This document shows, in pieces, positions 30,660-39,629 of a stretch of DNA of 64,000 nucleotides. Source of the DNA: a virus. The first letter of the stretch is position 1. The number at the start of each line of letters is the position of its first letter. The stretch spans positions 8,299 to 72,298 of the IMG/VR virus record IMGVR_UViG_3300031951_006582. One strand, written 5' to 3'. The translations under genes were made by a program, and so were the position numbers. The notes beneath the pieces are model-generated. The model had not been told where the DNA came from. It searched no databases and was given only the letters and a program-made list of their open reading frames with translations.

Positions 30660-31302
30660 GCAGCGAGAAAAATTATATTACAATAGTTACATGTATAGAG
30701 CAGTATGCCACGTTCCGGGTGCATACCACACCGATAAGGCAAAAACTATAGACAAGTATAGGGATTATCTTGAGAAATTTCACACTGAAATGCTTAGATA
30801 TCCCTTATACACGCCTCTAGTTATGACGGATGCCGATTACGATAATATTGAAATATTAATTAACTACATTAACAACTTTAAAAAGAACGACAAGGGAACT
30901 ATTCGTAGAGAAGGCAATAACATAACTTTCTTTAGTAATGATTTGCCCTTACTAAAAAAAGCCCTTAGCATTGATGTACCGGTGAAAATATATCAAGCAG
31001 AATTGCTACCTGCTGGAGTAAAGTATTTCAAGCGCAAAGTTCCCGCGCCTTTTAGAGTACATTTAAAAGAAGCTAAGATTAATAGTGAAATAAAGGACGA
31101 TATCCTGTCCTATATTGAAAGAACCGACGGTGTAGAAGGTTCATCTGCGTTAATGATTTGGCTAACCAGACCGCATAGATGGGCGCATTCTTGGTGCAGT
31201 AAAACATTTTTCATCAATTATACTGATAGCAGTCAGCTAACGATGATGCATTTATTTTTTCCAGAAGTTATTGGGAAGAACTATAAACTAGAACAGAAGT
31301 GA
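30595..31302 (+). CDS. Hypothetical protein (true start probably near 30634)
   Basis: Clean ORF overlapping clpA end. Confidence 0.65.
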   Translation: MKSLPSRTQGLVVMASLKLKVEQREKLYYNSYMYRAVCHVPGAYHTDKAKTIDKYRDYLEKFHTEMLRYPLYTPLVMTDADYDNIEILINYINNFKKNDKGTIRREGNNITFFSNDLPLLKKALSIDVPVKIYQAELLPAGVKYFKRKVPAPFRVHLKEAKINSEIKDDILSYIERTDGVEGSSALMIWLTRPHRWAHSWCSKTFFINYTDSSQLTMMHLFFPEVIGKNYKLEQK

Positions 31303-31308
31303 TAAATA
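31301..31308 (+). promoter_or_regulatory. T4-type late promoter GATAAATA
   Basis: Upstream of GGAG RBS and ATG 31333. Confidence 0.7.
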
Positions 31309-31332
31309 CTCTATATATTTTGGAGTTTTATC

Positions 31333-31497
31333 ATGGCAAAAATGATTGAAGAGGTCATCGTTATCAAGCTCGCCAAGCTTGTAAAAGACAGTGACCCAAC
31401 TAATGCAATTATTGCAGAAGATGCACAGATTGCATTAGAACAAGTAGCTCAAGAACTAGCAGGTGACGGGGTCTTAGTAGAGGTTGAGAAAGCTTAA
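31333..31497 (+). CDS. Small protein (54 aa, MAKMIEEVIVIKLAKLVKD...VLVEVEKA); not in ORF track
   Basis: Translated by hand; RBS tggag; TAATG coupling to the next gene. Confidence 0.75.
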   Translation: MAKMIEEVIVIKLAKLVKDSDPTNAIIAEDAQIALEQVAQELAGDGVLVEVEKA

Positions 31498-31850
31498 TGT
31501 CTCAAGTTACTACTCTGATCCTTTTGCCACAAACAGCATACGTCAATCCAGGTAATGGTGCACCATACACTGTGACAGGCAACGCACAGCCCGCTGCTGC
31601 ATATTACTTGGGTAATCAGGATTTACAAACAGTAAACTTTAGCACAGTAAATGTGACAGGTAACATTGTTATTGAAGCTACACTAGCAGCCAACAGTGAT
31701 AACGCTGATTGGTTTAAAGTGTATGAGTTTGAGGCGACTGCAAGCAACACCAGCATGTACACAAATATTGATGGCAACTTTGTTTACGTTAGAGCAAAGA
31801 TAGAAGATTTTAGTCAAGGTACAGTTAATTTTGTTAAGGTAAGTTACTAA
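31497..31850 (+). CDS. Beta-rich putative virion protein
   Basis: GNIVIEATL...DWF...GNFVYVRA; late operon. Confidence 0.65.
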   Translation: MSQVTTLILLPQTAYVNPGNGAPYTVTGNAQPAAAYYLGNQDLQTVNFSTVNVTGNIVIEATLAANSDNADWFKVYEFEATASNTSMYTNIDGNFVYVRAKIEDFSQGTVNFVKVSY

Positions 31851-31851
31851 T

Positions 31852-32745
31852 ATGAGTATGGTTGTCATTATGCCCGGTGGCTTTCACCCATTTCACGCAG
31901 GACACGCTTCATTGTATCAAAGTGCATTGAAGGCATTTCCTAACGCAGATGTTTATGTCGCTGCAACTAATGACACCAAGACTCGTCCCTTTCCCTTTGA
32001 GATTAAAGAGAAGCTAGCCAAAGTTGCTGGCGTACAAGACGGTCGCTTTGTACAAGTTACAAGTCCTTTCCAAGCTAAAGAAATACTACAGAACTACAAT
32101 CCAGAAGAAGACGTAGTAGTATTTGTACGTAGTGAAAAGGATCGTGATCAGCAACCTAAGCCAGGTGGCACAAAGAAAGATGGTAGCCCTGCATACTTCC
32201 AACCATACACCGGTGAAGATATGGAACCATTTGGTAAGCACGGGTATATGGCATACTTGCCTACAGTAGAGTTCGGCCCTGGAATCAAATCTGCAACTGA
32301 GATTCGTAACATTTGGCCTCAACTAAATGATCGTCGCAAACTTGCTATGGTCATGAGCTTGTATCCTAAGGCCCAAGAGAACGAGAGATTAGCACAGAAT
32401 ATTGTTAAGATGCTTGATTTAGGTATGGGTACTGAGGAAGTTACTGAGACAATTATAAATGAGCGTCCGGGTGATGTTTACTCAGCAAGACAGGCTGAAA
32501 TCATTGAAGACTTAGGAAATGGTTATTTCTTGGGCGATGATACTTATCAAGACGATGAAGGCTTCTACAAAGAAGGTTACACTGTCTATAAGAAAGAAGG
32601 CGTTGACCAATATAGAATGGTTGACACTGTAGATATGAGCCCCTATAAAAATCCTCCTGGACATATTGAAAGCGAAATCAAAAAGATTATTGCTTCCGAT
32701 AAAAATAATCTATCCGAAAACGCAGATTATCTAGACGAAAAATAA
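31852..32745 (+). CDS. HIGH-superfamily nucleotidyltransferase (cytidyltransferase-like) with extra C-terminal module
   Basis: PGGFHPFHAGH and SATEIR motifs. Confidence 0.8.
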   Translation: MSMVVIMPGGFHPFHAGHASLYQSALKAFPNADVYVAATNDTKTRPFPFEIKEKLAKVAGVQDGRFVQVTSPFQAKEILQNYNPEEDVVVFVRSEKDRDQQPKPGGTKKDGSPAYFQPYTGEDMEPFGKHGYMAYLPTVEFGPGIKSATEIRNIWPQLNDRRKLAMVMSLYPKAQENERLAQNIVKMLDLGMGTEEVTETIINERPGDVYSARQAEIIEDLGNGYFLGDDTYQDDEGFYKEGYTVYKKEGVDQYRMVDTVDMSPYKNPPGHIESEIKKIIASDKNNLSENADYLDEK

Positions 32746-32802
32746 TTCCACTACTAGTTCCTCTTGTAAATATCTATACAAGTTTACAAGAAAGAGGACT
32801 TT

Positions 32803-33714
32803 ATGGCACGTAAACCAAAGAATACTACTACTAAGAATGTTGCACCAAACGGCGAGGAACGCACAGTTCCCGTAGAAAAGGTGCAAGAAATCGCTGAACA
32901 GGCTGCACAGGAGCAAGCTCCGCAGGCTGGACAAGTTCAAGTTAACGTTGACTATCTCCGCACAACTAAGGTTCACATTGCGATGCCTTGCTACGGCGGT
33001 ATGTTGACAGAATCAACGTTCATGTCATTCATCAAGTGGGCTAACACTGCCCGTCAGCTTGGTATTGACTGGACACTAGAAACAATGGTTAATGAATCAT
33101 TGATTAGCCGCGCAAGAAACACACTAACTGCTAAGTTTCTTGACATGCCCGACGCAACACACTTATTCTTCGTTGATGCTGATATCGGTTGGGAACCCTG
33201 GCATTTGCTAGTCCTCTTGAATAGGGACGTAGACGTTATCGGTGGTTTGTACCCAATGAAGACTATGCCCATCAAGTGGGTTGTTAACGGGTTTGAGGGT
33301 GCAGAAGAAGGCCCCGATGGACTTCAAGAAGTTTCAAAGGCAGGCACTGGATTCCTTCTTATGAAGAAGCATGTATTTGAGAAGATGAATAGTCACCCCG
33401 CGGTTAAGCAGTACAAGAACGATATCGGTCTTGATCCAAAGTATGACCAGCACTTGAAGACTTACTTCGACACTGCTGTTCGTCAGAATCGCTACTACAG
33501 TGAAGACTGGACATTCTGTGAAAACTGGAGAGATATCGGTGGTCGCATTTGGGTTGACAAGCGAGTTCTTCTCCGTCACTCAGGCTCATATGTATTCTGT
33601 CAGGAAAATCAACAGTACTTGATGGACAACATTGGACCTATGTATGTTCAGGAGCAAGCAGCAAAGGCAGCAGCCGAAGCCGCAGCACAGGAAGCTTCCC
33701 CGCCTAGTCAGTAA
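32803..33714 (+). CDS. GT-A fold glycosyltransferase
   Basis: IAMPCYGG, ESLISRARN, FFVDADI (DxD), GTGFLL, YYSEDWTFC. Confidence 0.8.
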   Translation: MARKPKNTTTKNVAPNGEERTVPVEKVQEIAEQAAQEQAPQAGQVQVNVDYLRTTKVHIAMPCYGGMLTESTFMSFIKWANTARQLGIDWTLETMVNESLISRARNTLTAKFLDMPDATHLFFVDADIGWEPWHLLVLLNRDVDVIGGLYPMKTMPIKWVVNGFEGAEEGPDGLQEVSKAGTGFLLMKKHVFEKMNSHPAVKQYKNDIGLDPKYDQHLKTYFDTAVRQNRYYSEDWTFCENWRDIGGRIWVDKRVLLRHSGSYVFCQENQQYLMDNIGPMYVQEQAAKAAAEAAAQEASPPSQ

Positions 33715-33739
33715 TAGTTACTGACTAGTAGCGCAAACT

Positions 33740-33769
33740 AGGGGCCTCAGCAATGGGGCCCCCTTTTTG
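33740..33769 (+). terminator. Rho-independent terminator
   Basis: ggggcctca-gcaa-tggggcccc followed by cttttt. Confidence 0.85.
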
Positions 33770-33776
33770 TTTAAGT

Positions 33777-33784
33777 GATAAATA
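33777..33784 (+). promoter_or_regulatory. T4-type late promoter GATAAATA
   Basis: Starts the cargo-gene block; AGGA RBS downstream. Confidence 0.7.
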
Positions 33785-33808
33785 CTATATTACTATATAG
33801 GATTACTC

Positions 33809-34435
33809 ATGAAAATTACAGATATCGTCACTGAAAGCACTACATCAGGCTCTATTGCTACAGTAGCAGCCCCTATGGCCACACAATCTCGCAACGCCAG
33901 CATTTATGGCGGCAAGAAAGGCGGCGACTTATTGACTGGTAAGAAGACCAATAAGAAGTACGCTAACTCAGTAAACGAAAGCAAGATGAAAGAACTTGCT
34001 ATGGATATCAGAAACATGGATAATGGTAACTTCAAAAAGAAGTACGGAAAAGATAAAGAACACATGAAGTTGGCTTTGGGTGATCCTGATGCAAAGAAAA
34101 CTGTTCAAGAAGCAGACTTACAAGAAGATGACTTAATCATTGTTCCTGGACAAGGTCGTAGCCGCAAGACTGGATTCATCAAGCACGGTGAGAGTCGCTT
34201 AGACCACGAAGTTGAAATGGCTCGTAGTGACCTATTCAGTGCTGCTAAGAACGCAAAGCAAGTCTATGAACTAATTGCTGACCTATCAGAAGAAGAAGGT
34301 CTTGAAGGCTGGGTACAAGAAAAGATTATCAAAGCCAATGACTATCTAAACACTATTCGTGAGTATCTAGAAGGTAAGCAACTACAACAACATGAAATGA
34401 CCGGCGGCGTCATTGCAGGTGGTGGCGTAGGTTAA
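33809..34435 (+). CDS. Putative internal head/cargo polyprotein
   Basis: MKITDIVTE|S N-terminus; VNE, VQE, LQE junctions; HEVEMARSDL...LEGWVQEKIIKANDYL module. Confidence 0.7.
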   Translation: MKITDIVTESTTSGSIATVAAPMATQSRNASIYGGKKGGDLLTGKKTNKKYANSVNESKMKELAMDIRNMDNGNFKKKYGKDKEHMKLALGDPDAKKTVQEADLQEDDLIIVPGQGRSRKTGFIKHGESRLDHEVEMARSDLFSAAKNAKQVYELIADLSEEEGLEGWVQEKIIKANDYLNTIREYLEGKQLQQHEMTGGVIAGGGVG

Positions 34436-34863
34436 TGCGTGATATCATCAACCTATTAGAAGCGGTTGAGAAGGGTTGCCCCCGTGCTACCCACGATATT
34501 GACTTGAATCTTAAGAATCGTCAAACTGCAATTGATGAATATCTGTATGGCCCAGCTAATCCAAATAAGCCCGGTTCATACTGGAAAGATTTGAGCAAAG
34601 TATTTAAAGTAGACGAAGCAACAGCAAAGTCTATGATGTGCGGAAACTGTGCTGCATTTGATGTAAGCGATAGTATGCGTGATTGTATTGCGAGTGGCAT
34701 CAAGGGTGATGAAGATAATATTGACCCTAATGCTACTATTAATTTAAGTGATTTGGGTTATTGCAACTTCTTACACTTCAAATGTGCAGGAGGTCGTAGT
34801 TGCAAAGCTTGGGTAACCGGCGGACCAATCACTGAAAAAGATAAGAATAAGAAGGCTGACTAA
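34435..34863 (+). CDS. Cys-rich protein, HiPIP-like Cys spacing, capsid-targeting-like N-terminus
   Basis: MRDIINLLE|A; CGNCAAF...GYC...FKCAGGRSCKAW. Confidence 0.6.
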   Translation: MRDIINLLEAVEKGCPRATHDIDLNLKNRQTAIDEYLYGPANPNKPGSYWKDLSKVFKVDEATAKSMMCGNCAAFDVSDSMRDCIASGIKGDEDNIDPNATINLSDLGYCNFLHFKCAGGRSCKAWVTGGPITEKDKNKKAD

Positions 34864-36138
34864 ATGAGTTCTATATTTGATGGCATTGGCGACGAAGGCG
34901 TAGAACAATTAGATGAAAATCTACGCAAGTGGTTCAAAGAGAAGTGGGTTCGTTTTGGTCCCGACGGCAAGATTCGTGGCGCTTGTGCAAGAGGTGATGA
35001 CAGTGAAGGTAAGCCTAAGTGTCTCCCACAAAAGAAAGCACACAGTTTAGGTAAAAAAGGTCGTAAGTATGCTGCAAGTAAGAAGCGCAGAGAAGATCCA
35101 AACCCAGAACGCAGAGGTAAGGCTAAGAACGTAGCTACTAAAAAGAAGTCAAACGAAGACATTCAAGTAAATGAAAAGTGGAGTCAGAAATACAAAGATA
35201 GTATCAACTGCTCCAATCCAAAAGGCTTTAGCCAAAAAGCACATTGCGCTGGAAAGAAGAAGAACGAAGATATGTACGAAGAAACTAAGAAATGTCCAGA
35301 ATGCGGTGGTCCAATGTATCACGAATCAATGATGACTGAGAAGAAGGATGCTTGCTATCACAAAGTCAAGAGCCGCTATAAAGTCTGGCCTTCTGCATAT
35401 GCTAGTGGTGCATTAGTTCAATGCCGTAAGAAAGGTGCAAGCAATTGGGGCACCGGTGGCAAGAAGAATGAGAGCAATATCATGAAGGGTATTGTTGATG
35501 AAGCCGGAAGCGTAATCATCGGTCATGACAAAGATGATCCTCAAGTTGCAGTTCTTGGTGGCGCTGGATCATATAGTCTTAGTAATCTCAAAAAGAAAGC
35601 ACAGATGGAAGCTAATGAATTAGCAAAAGATGTTAGTGAAGGTAAGTTTAAAAACTCATCATATAATGTTAAGCAACTTGCTAACACACTTGACACAATC
35701 GTTGCAGCCGAAGACGAAATGGAAAAACTTTATTTCGGTGAAGATTATACTGGTGAGTTCGCAGCAGAAGTAACTCCAGCAATCAATCCATATGGTGGTC
35801 TAAAAGATCGTAAACACAGAGGTGCCATCAGCGAAACTCCAACTGATAATCCTACTGGTGCTAGTGGTGAAGGTGGCTGGCGTAGAACAGACATTGAAGA
35901 AGAAGAACAGCTTGACGAAAAGTGCTGGAAGGGCTATAAAAAGCAAGGCATGAAAACGATGTTTGGTAAGAAATATCCAAACTGTGTCAAGAATACTAAC
36001 GAAGAAGAACAGCTTGACGAAAAATGCTGGGACACTCATAAGCAAGTCGGTATGAAAAAGAAGGGCGATAGAATGGTCCCTAACTGCGTACCAAAAGAAT
36101 CGGCTATCATGAGAGGCCTAAAGCGTGAGAGCAAGTGA
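34864..36138 (+). CDS. Polyprotein of short basic Cys-paired modules
   Basis: Modules LRKWFKEKW, KWSQKYKDSINC, DACYHKVKSRY, KCWKGY, KCWDTH separated by LDE/VNE/MTE. Confidence 0.75.
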   Translation: MSSIFDGIGDEGVEQLDENLRKWFKEKWVRFGPDGKIRGACARGDDSEGKPKCLPQKKAHSLGKKGRKYAASKKRREDPNPERRGKAKNVATKKKSNEDIQVNEKWSQKYKDSINCSNPKGFSQKAHCAGKKKNEDMYEETKKCPECGGPMYHESMMTEKKDACYHKVKSRYKVWPSAYASGALVQCRKKGASNWGTGGKKNESNIMKGIVDEAGSVIIGHDKDDPQVAVLGGAGSYSLSNLKKKAQMEANELAKDVSEGKFKNSSYNVKQLANTLDTIVAAEDEMEKLYFGEDYTGEFAAEVTPAINPYGGLKDRKHRGAISETPTDNPTGASGEGGWRRTDIEEEEQLDEKCWKGYKKQGMKTMFGKKYPNCVKNTNEEEQLDEKCWDTHKQVGMKKKGDRMVPNCVPKESAIMRGLKRESK

Positions 36139-37123
36139 GTTTCTACCCGAATCAGTAAGCACTGGTCAAGGTGGCGGTAGTGCAGGCGGTAATGGCGGTC
36201 AGATGGTCGGTGGCCCTACTACCTACGAGCAAGAATATAATATGTTCAAGCGTAAGGGACAGCGTAGAATCACTGCGATGACTAACGAAGCACTTGATAG
36301 TTCATACGAGTATCGTAACAGTAAACAGAATCCCGGTACAGTATTTTACTTTGACGCAGACGACGGTACTGAGTATAAGGTTCAGTTCGGTAAATCAGGT
36401 AAAGCAGTAGAAGTTGCATTCTTTGCTAGAGGCGAAGGTGATGAGCATAAAATCGGCTTAACTGGTTCAGGTGATAGTAGAAAGATATTCGGAACTGTAA
36501 TCAATATTGTTAAGGATTACATGGAAAAGAATAATCCAATGACATTATTATTTACGGCGAATAATAGTGAGCAAAGCAGAGTTAAATTATACAACATGTT
36601 GGCGAGTAAAGTTGATCAAGCATTACCTGATTATACATTCCAAGGTGCTTTTAACAACGGAAACTTCACACAGTTTAATATTATTCATAAAGATTCAGGC
36701 CGATCAGTCGCATTAGACAAAGCAAAAGCCAAAGCAGGCAAAGCACTAGATAAAGTATTTGAAGATAAGATAACATTAAGCGATATCTATAAGAACAACT
36801 ATCCAGATCACGATGAAGTAATTTGGAACTATGTTGGTGATAGTGACTTTGACATACCGTTCACTATCCAAACTATTAACCCAAACAAGCTTAATATATA
36901 TTTGACAAGCCAATACAGTATAGAACACATTGAAGAATTGTTTGATATGATGGATGAAGATCAAAAAGAAACAGTTGAACATTATGAAAATGATCCAACA
37001 TTAAGTGATCAGATTATTGTAATGAGTGATGGTAGAATAATTGACGGCAATCATAGAGCATTGGCAGCAGTGTTATCCAACAGACCAATTAAATATATTG
37101 ATGTTAGTGAGGAAGAAGTATGA
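36125..37123 (+). CDS. Cargo polyprotein with C-terminal ParB/Srx-like domain
   Basis: MRASEFLPE|S; RVKLY module; IIVMSDGRIIDGNHRALAA. Confidence 0.7.
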   Translation: MRASEFLPESVSTGQGGGSAGGNGGQMVGGPTTYEQEYNMFKRKGQRRITAMTNEALDSSYEYRNSKQNPGTVFYFDADDGTEYKVQFGKSGKAVEVAFFARGEGDEHKIGLTGSGDSRKIFGTVINIVKDYMEKNNPMTLLFTANNSEQSRVKLYNMLASKVDQALPDYTFQGAFNNGNFTQFNIIHKDSGRSVALDKAKAKAGKALDKVFEDKITLSDIYKNNYPDHDEVIWNYVGDSDFDIPFTIQTINPNKLNIYLTSQYSIEHIEELFDMMDEDQKETVEHYENDPTLSDQIIVMSDGRIIDGNHRALAAVLSNRPIKYIDVSEEEV

Positions 37124-37275
37124 GTCATCTCAGAGATGTGAATAGAAGTTACTTTAAACATTTATATCACGCTTGGAAAGTTGCCTTTATACTAATAGTG
37201 CATGGATTGTTCCCAAACATATGGGAAACTAAAGCCAGCGATAATCTTTGTCAGCATTCACATCCAAAACGATAA
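37120..37275 (+). CDS. Small His-containing membrane protein (DUF6356-like, 51 aa); not in ORF track
   Basis: MSHLRDVNRSYFKHLYHAW...IVHGLFPNIWETKAS, translated by hand. Confidence 0.6.
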   Translation: MSHLRDVNRSYFKHLYHAWKVAFILIVHGLFPNIWETKASDNLCQHSHPKR

Positions 37276-37296
37276 ATAGTTTATAGGACTATTAAT

Positions 37297-37740
37297 ATGC
37301 TCACTGATACACTTAAAACACTTTTAGCCACAACTTATGCTTTGTCAATCAAGGCTCAGAACTTCCACTGGAATGTAGAAGGCCCTGACTTCCCTCAGTA
37401 TCACGATTTCTTCGGTAACTATTACGAAGAAGTATACGGCAACACGATTGACAAGTTGGCAGAAATCATTCGCCAGCTTGATTCATACACACCAGGAAGC
37501 ATCCTTCGCTATGCTGAGTTGAGTCAAATTGAAGATCAAACAAAGATTCCTCGTGCAATGCTTATGATGGAAGAACTTTATCACGATAATGCTATTGTGC
37601 TAGATATGTATAAGCAAGCGTTTCACGTAGCAAATGAGGCAGATGAGCAAGGAATCTGTGACTTCATTGCAGGTCGTATTGACGCACACGCTAAACATCA
37701 ATGGATGCTAAGAAGTATTCTTAAAACTGCGAGGGCGTAA
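37297..37740 (+). CDS. dps: Dps/ferritin-like DNA protection protein
   Basis: KAQNFHWNVEGPDFPQYHDFF, IDKLAE, KHQWML; late promoter at 37271-37278. Confidence 0.92.
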   Translation: MLTDTLKTLLATTYALSIKAQNFHWNVEGPDFPQYHDFFGNYYEEVYGNTIDKLAEIIRQLDSYTPGSILRYAELSQIEDQTKIPRAMLMMEELYHDNAIVLDMYKQAFHVANEADEQGICDFIAGRIDAHAKHQWMLRSILKTARA

Positions 37741-39629
37741 TGTCCCCGAATGATATGCAGATGTTGATCAAATCATTACACCTGTTAGAACAAGAACCTG
37801 AAGTTCAGGAAAACTCGCCAGTGGTTGAAGACACTGCACAATCTGATAATAGAGATTATCTTCCAGCAATAGAAGAATTTTTATTCAATCTAGGTCCCGA
37901 TGACGTTGGTGTAGAGAAGTTTGGCCCATACACTGTACACTTTGAGGGATTCAGTGACTATTGCCAGCAAGACGCAAATGATCGTTGTTATTTGCCTAAA
38001 GAAGATCCTAGACACTTAGACAAATATGAAGACATATATGACGAGGTTCTACGAGACTTCATTAATCGTGAAGATGGCAAAATGCCAATTGATTCAGGAT
38101 TGACTGGCGACGAAGAATACCCTATCTATTACGCTATCTTTAAAGAAGAAGGCATTGTTGAAGCCAAAGAAAGTATTAAAGACCAAGTTGAAAAAGCCTA
38201 TATCCAAGATGGCGGAAACATTGATGACTATTTTGTAAGACACAGCAGAGTTGATAAGTTAGGATTTAGTCCAAAACAAATCTTTGCTCGTAGCCCTGAT
38301 TTAGATCATCCTGCATATGATATTGATTATATTGGCAATAGTGTAGGTACTCCTGCACTTTGGTTCTATCCATTAAAATATTATTTACAATCTAAGGAAT
38401 TATTTGCTGAGAAATTGCCATATATATGGTTAGTAAAACTAAGACCAAATGCATGGCTACAACCTGTAGACAGGTTTACTAAAACAAAGAAAGAAGCCCC
38501 ACAAGGAAAAGAAAGAGTAGGCATACTTAAGAATACACTTACTCCAGCAGCAATCTTTTTCAAGCCTGCGTTTGATGTTGTAGATAAGTTCTATGACTAT
38601 GGTGGTCAGCATAAGCGTCACGGCGAAGTCAAGGGTGCTCCAGTAGAAGAAGAAATCGCTTATCACGGTACAACAGATGATATAGCTGAGTTCTATCCAC
38701 TCACTCACTTTGGCACTGAGAAGGCTGCTAAAGATAGAATGACATTCAAGAAAATCAAAGATGGTAAAATCTATAAAGTAGATTTAGATATTAAGAATCC
38801 ATTAACTATTAAAGACTTTCCTGGCGTTCACTATGACAGATTATATGCTTTTGAATTGCGTGATAAGAAACTAATTAGTCAAAAAGAAATGGAAGCTATT
38901 ACTACTATTGAAGATAAGGCAGAATTACGAAAAGCATTATTAGCTAAATTAAAAGAATTAGGCTTTGATGGCTTTGTCTATAAGAATAGATACGAAGACA
39001 GAGGCAATCTTAGTTATGTAATAGTTGACCCTAGTCAAGTAAAAGTTCTCGGTGTTGAACCTGCTGCTGAAGAAGTCACTGAAGCAAGCCCAAATACACT
39101 TAAGGGTAGCTTTACTCCAGACTTAGTTGAGAGTAAGAAATGGTTAGCTAATATGTTGGCTAAGGGTCTTAAAGGCAAGAATGCTGGCACTATCTATGTA
39201 TTAGGTAGCTGGTACGGCAATATGGGAATCTTCTTACACGAAGCAGATATCAAGTTTGACAAGTTAGTTTTGGTTGAGCCTAACGAAGAATGGTTGCGTC
39301 AAAGTAAAAAACTATTAGATACGTTTAATACTGAGGGCAAAATCGTATTTCTCAATCAAAAAGCAGAAGATGTTGTTTATGAAAAGCCAGGCGTAGTAAT
39401 CAACACAAGCTGCAACGAAACAGGCCCTATATTCTTGAATAAAGTTCCCGATAATATGCTATGTTTATTACAAGCAAGAAACAACAACGAGAATACATTA
39501 TTCCCAACAGAAGATGAGGAAGACTTTGTAGACTATTTCCCACTTTCAAAGGTTTATTACACTGGCGATAAATATCTAGAAGACCCTGAAATTAATTATG
39601 TTCGTTATATGAAGATTGGTAGAAAATGA
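37740..39629 (+). CDS. Polyvalent cargo protein: ADP-ribosyltransferase-like (ART-PolyVal) plus SAM methyltransferase-like domain
   Basis: AYHGT...THFGT...IYKVDLDIKNP...GFDGFVYKN.YE...SYVIVDPSQVK; then SKKWL...VLGSWYG...INTSC...RYMKIG. Confidence 0.7.
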   Translation: MSPNDMQMLIKSLHLLEQEPEVQENSPVVEDTAQSDNRDYLPAIEEFLFNLGPDDVGVEKFGPYTVHFEGFSDYCQQDANDRCYLPKEDPRHLDKYEDIYDEVLRDFINREDGKMPIDSGLTGDEEYPIYYAIFKEEGIVEAKESIKDQVEKAYIQDGGNIDDYFVRHSRVDKLGFSPKQIFARSPDLDHPAYDIDYIGNSVGTPALWFYPLKYYLQSKELFAEKLPYIWLVKLRPNAWLQPVDRFTKTKKEAPQGKERVGILKNTLTPAAIFFKPAFDVVDKFYDYGGQHKRHGEVKGAPVEEEIAYHGTTDDIAEFYPLTHFGTEKAAKDRMTFKKIKDGKIYKVDLDIKNPLTIKDFPGVHYDRLYAFELRDKKLISQKEMEAITTIEDKAELRKALLAKLKELGFDGFVYKNRYEDRGNLSYVIVDPSQVKVLGVEPAAEEVTEASPNTLKGSFTPDLVESKKWLANMLAKGLKGKNAGTIYVLGSWYGNMGIFLHEADIKFDKLVLVEPNEEWLRQSKKLLDTFNTEGKIVFLNQKAEDVVYEKPGVVINTSCNETGPIFLNKVPDNMLCLLQARNNNENTLFPTEDEEDFVDYFPLSKVYYTGDKYLEDPEINYVRYMKIGRK

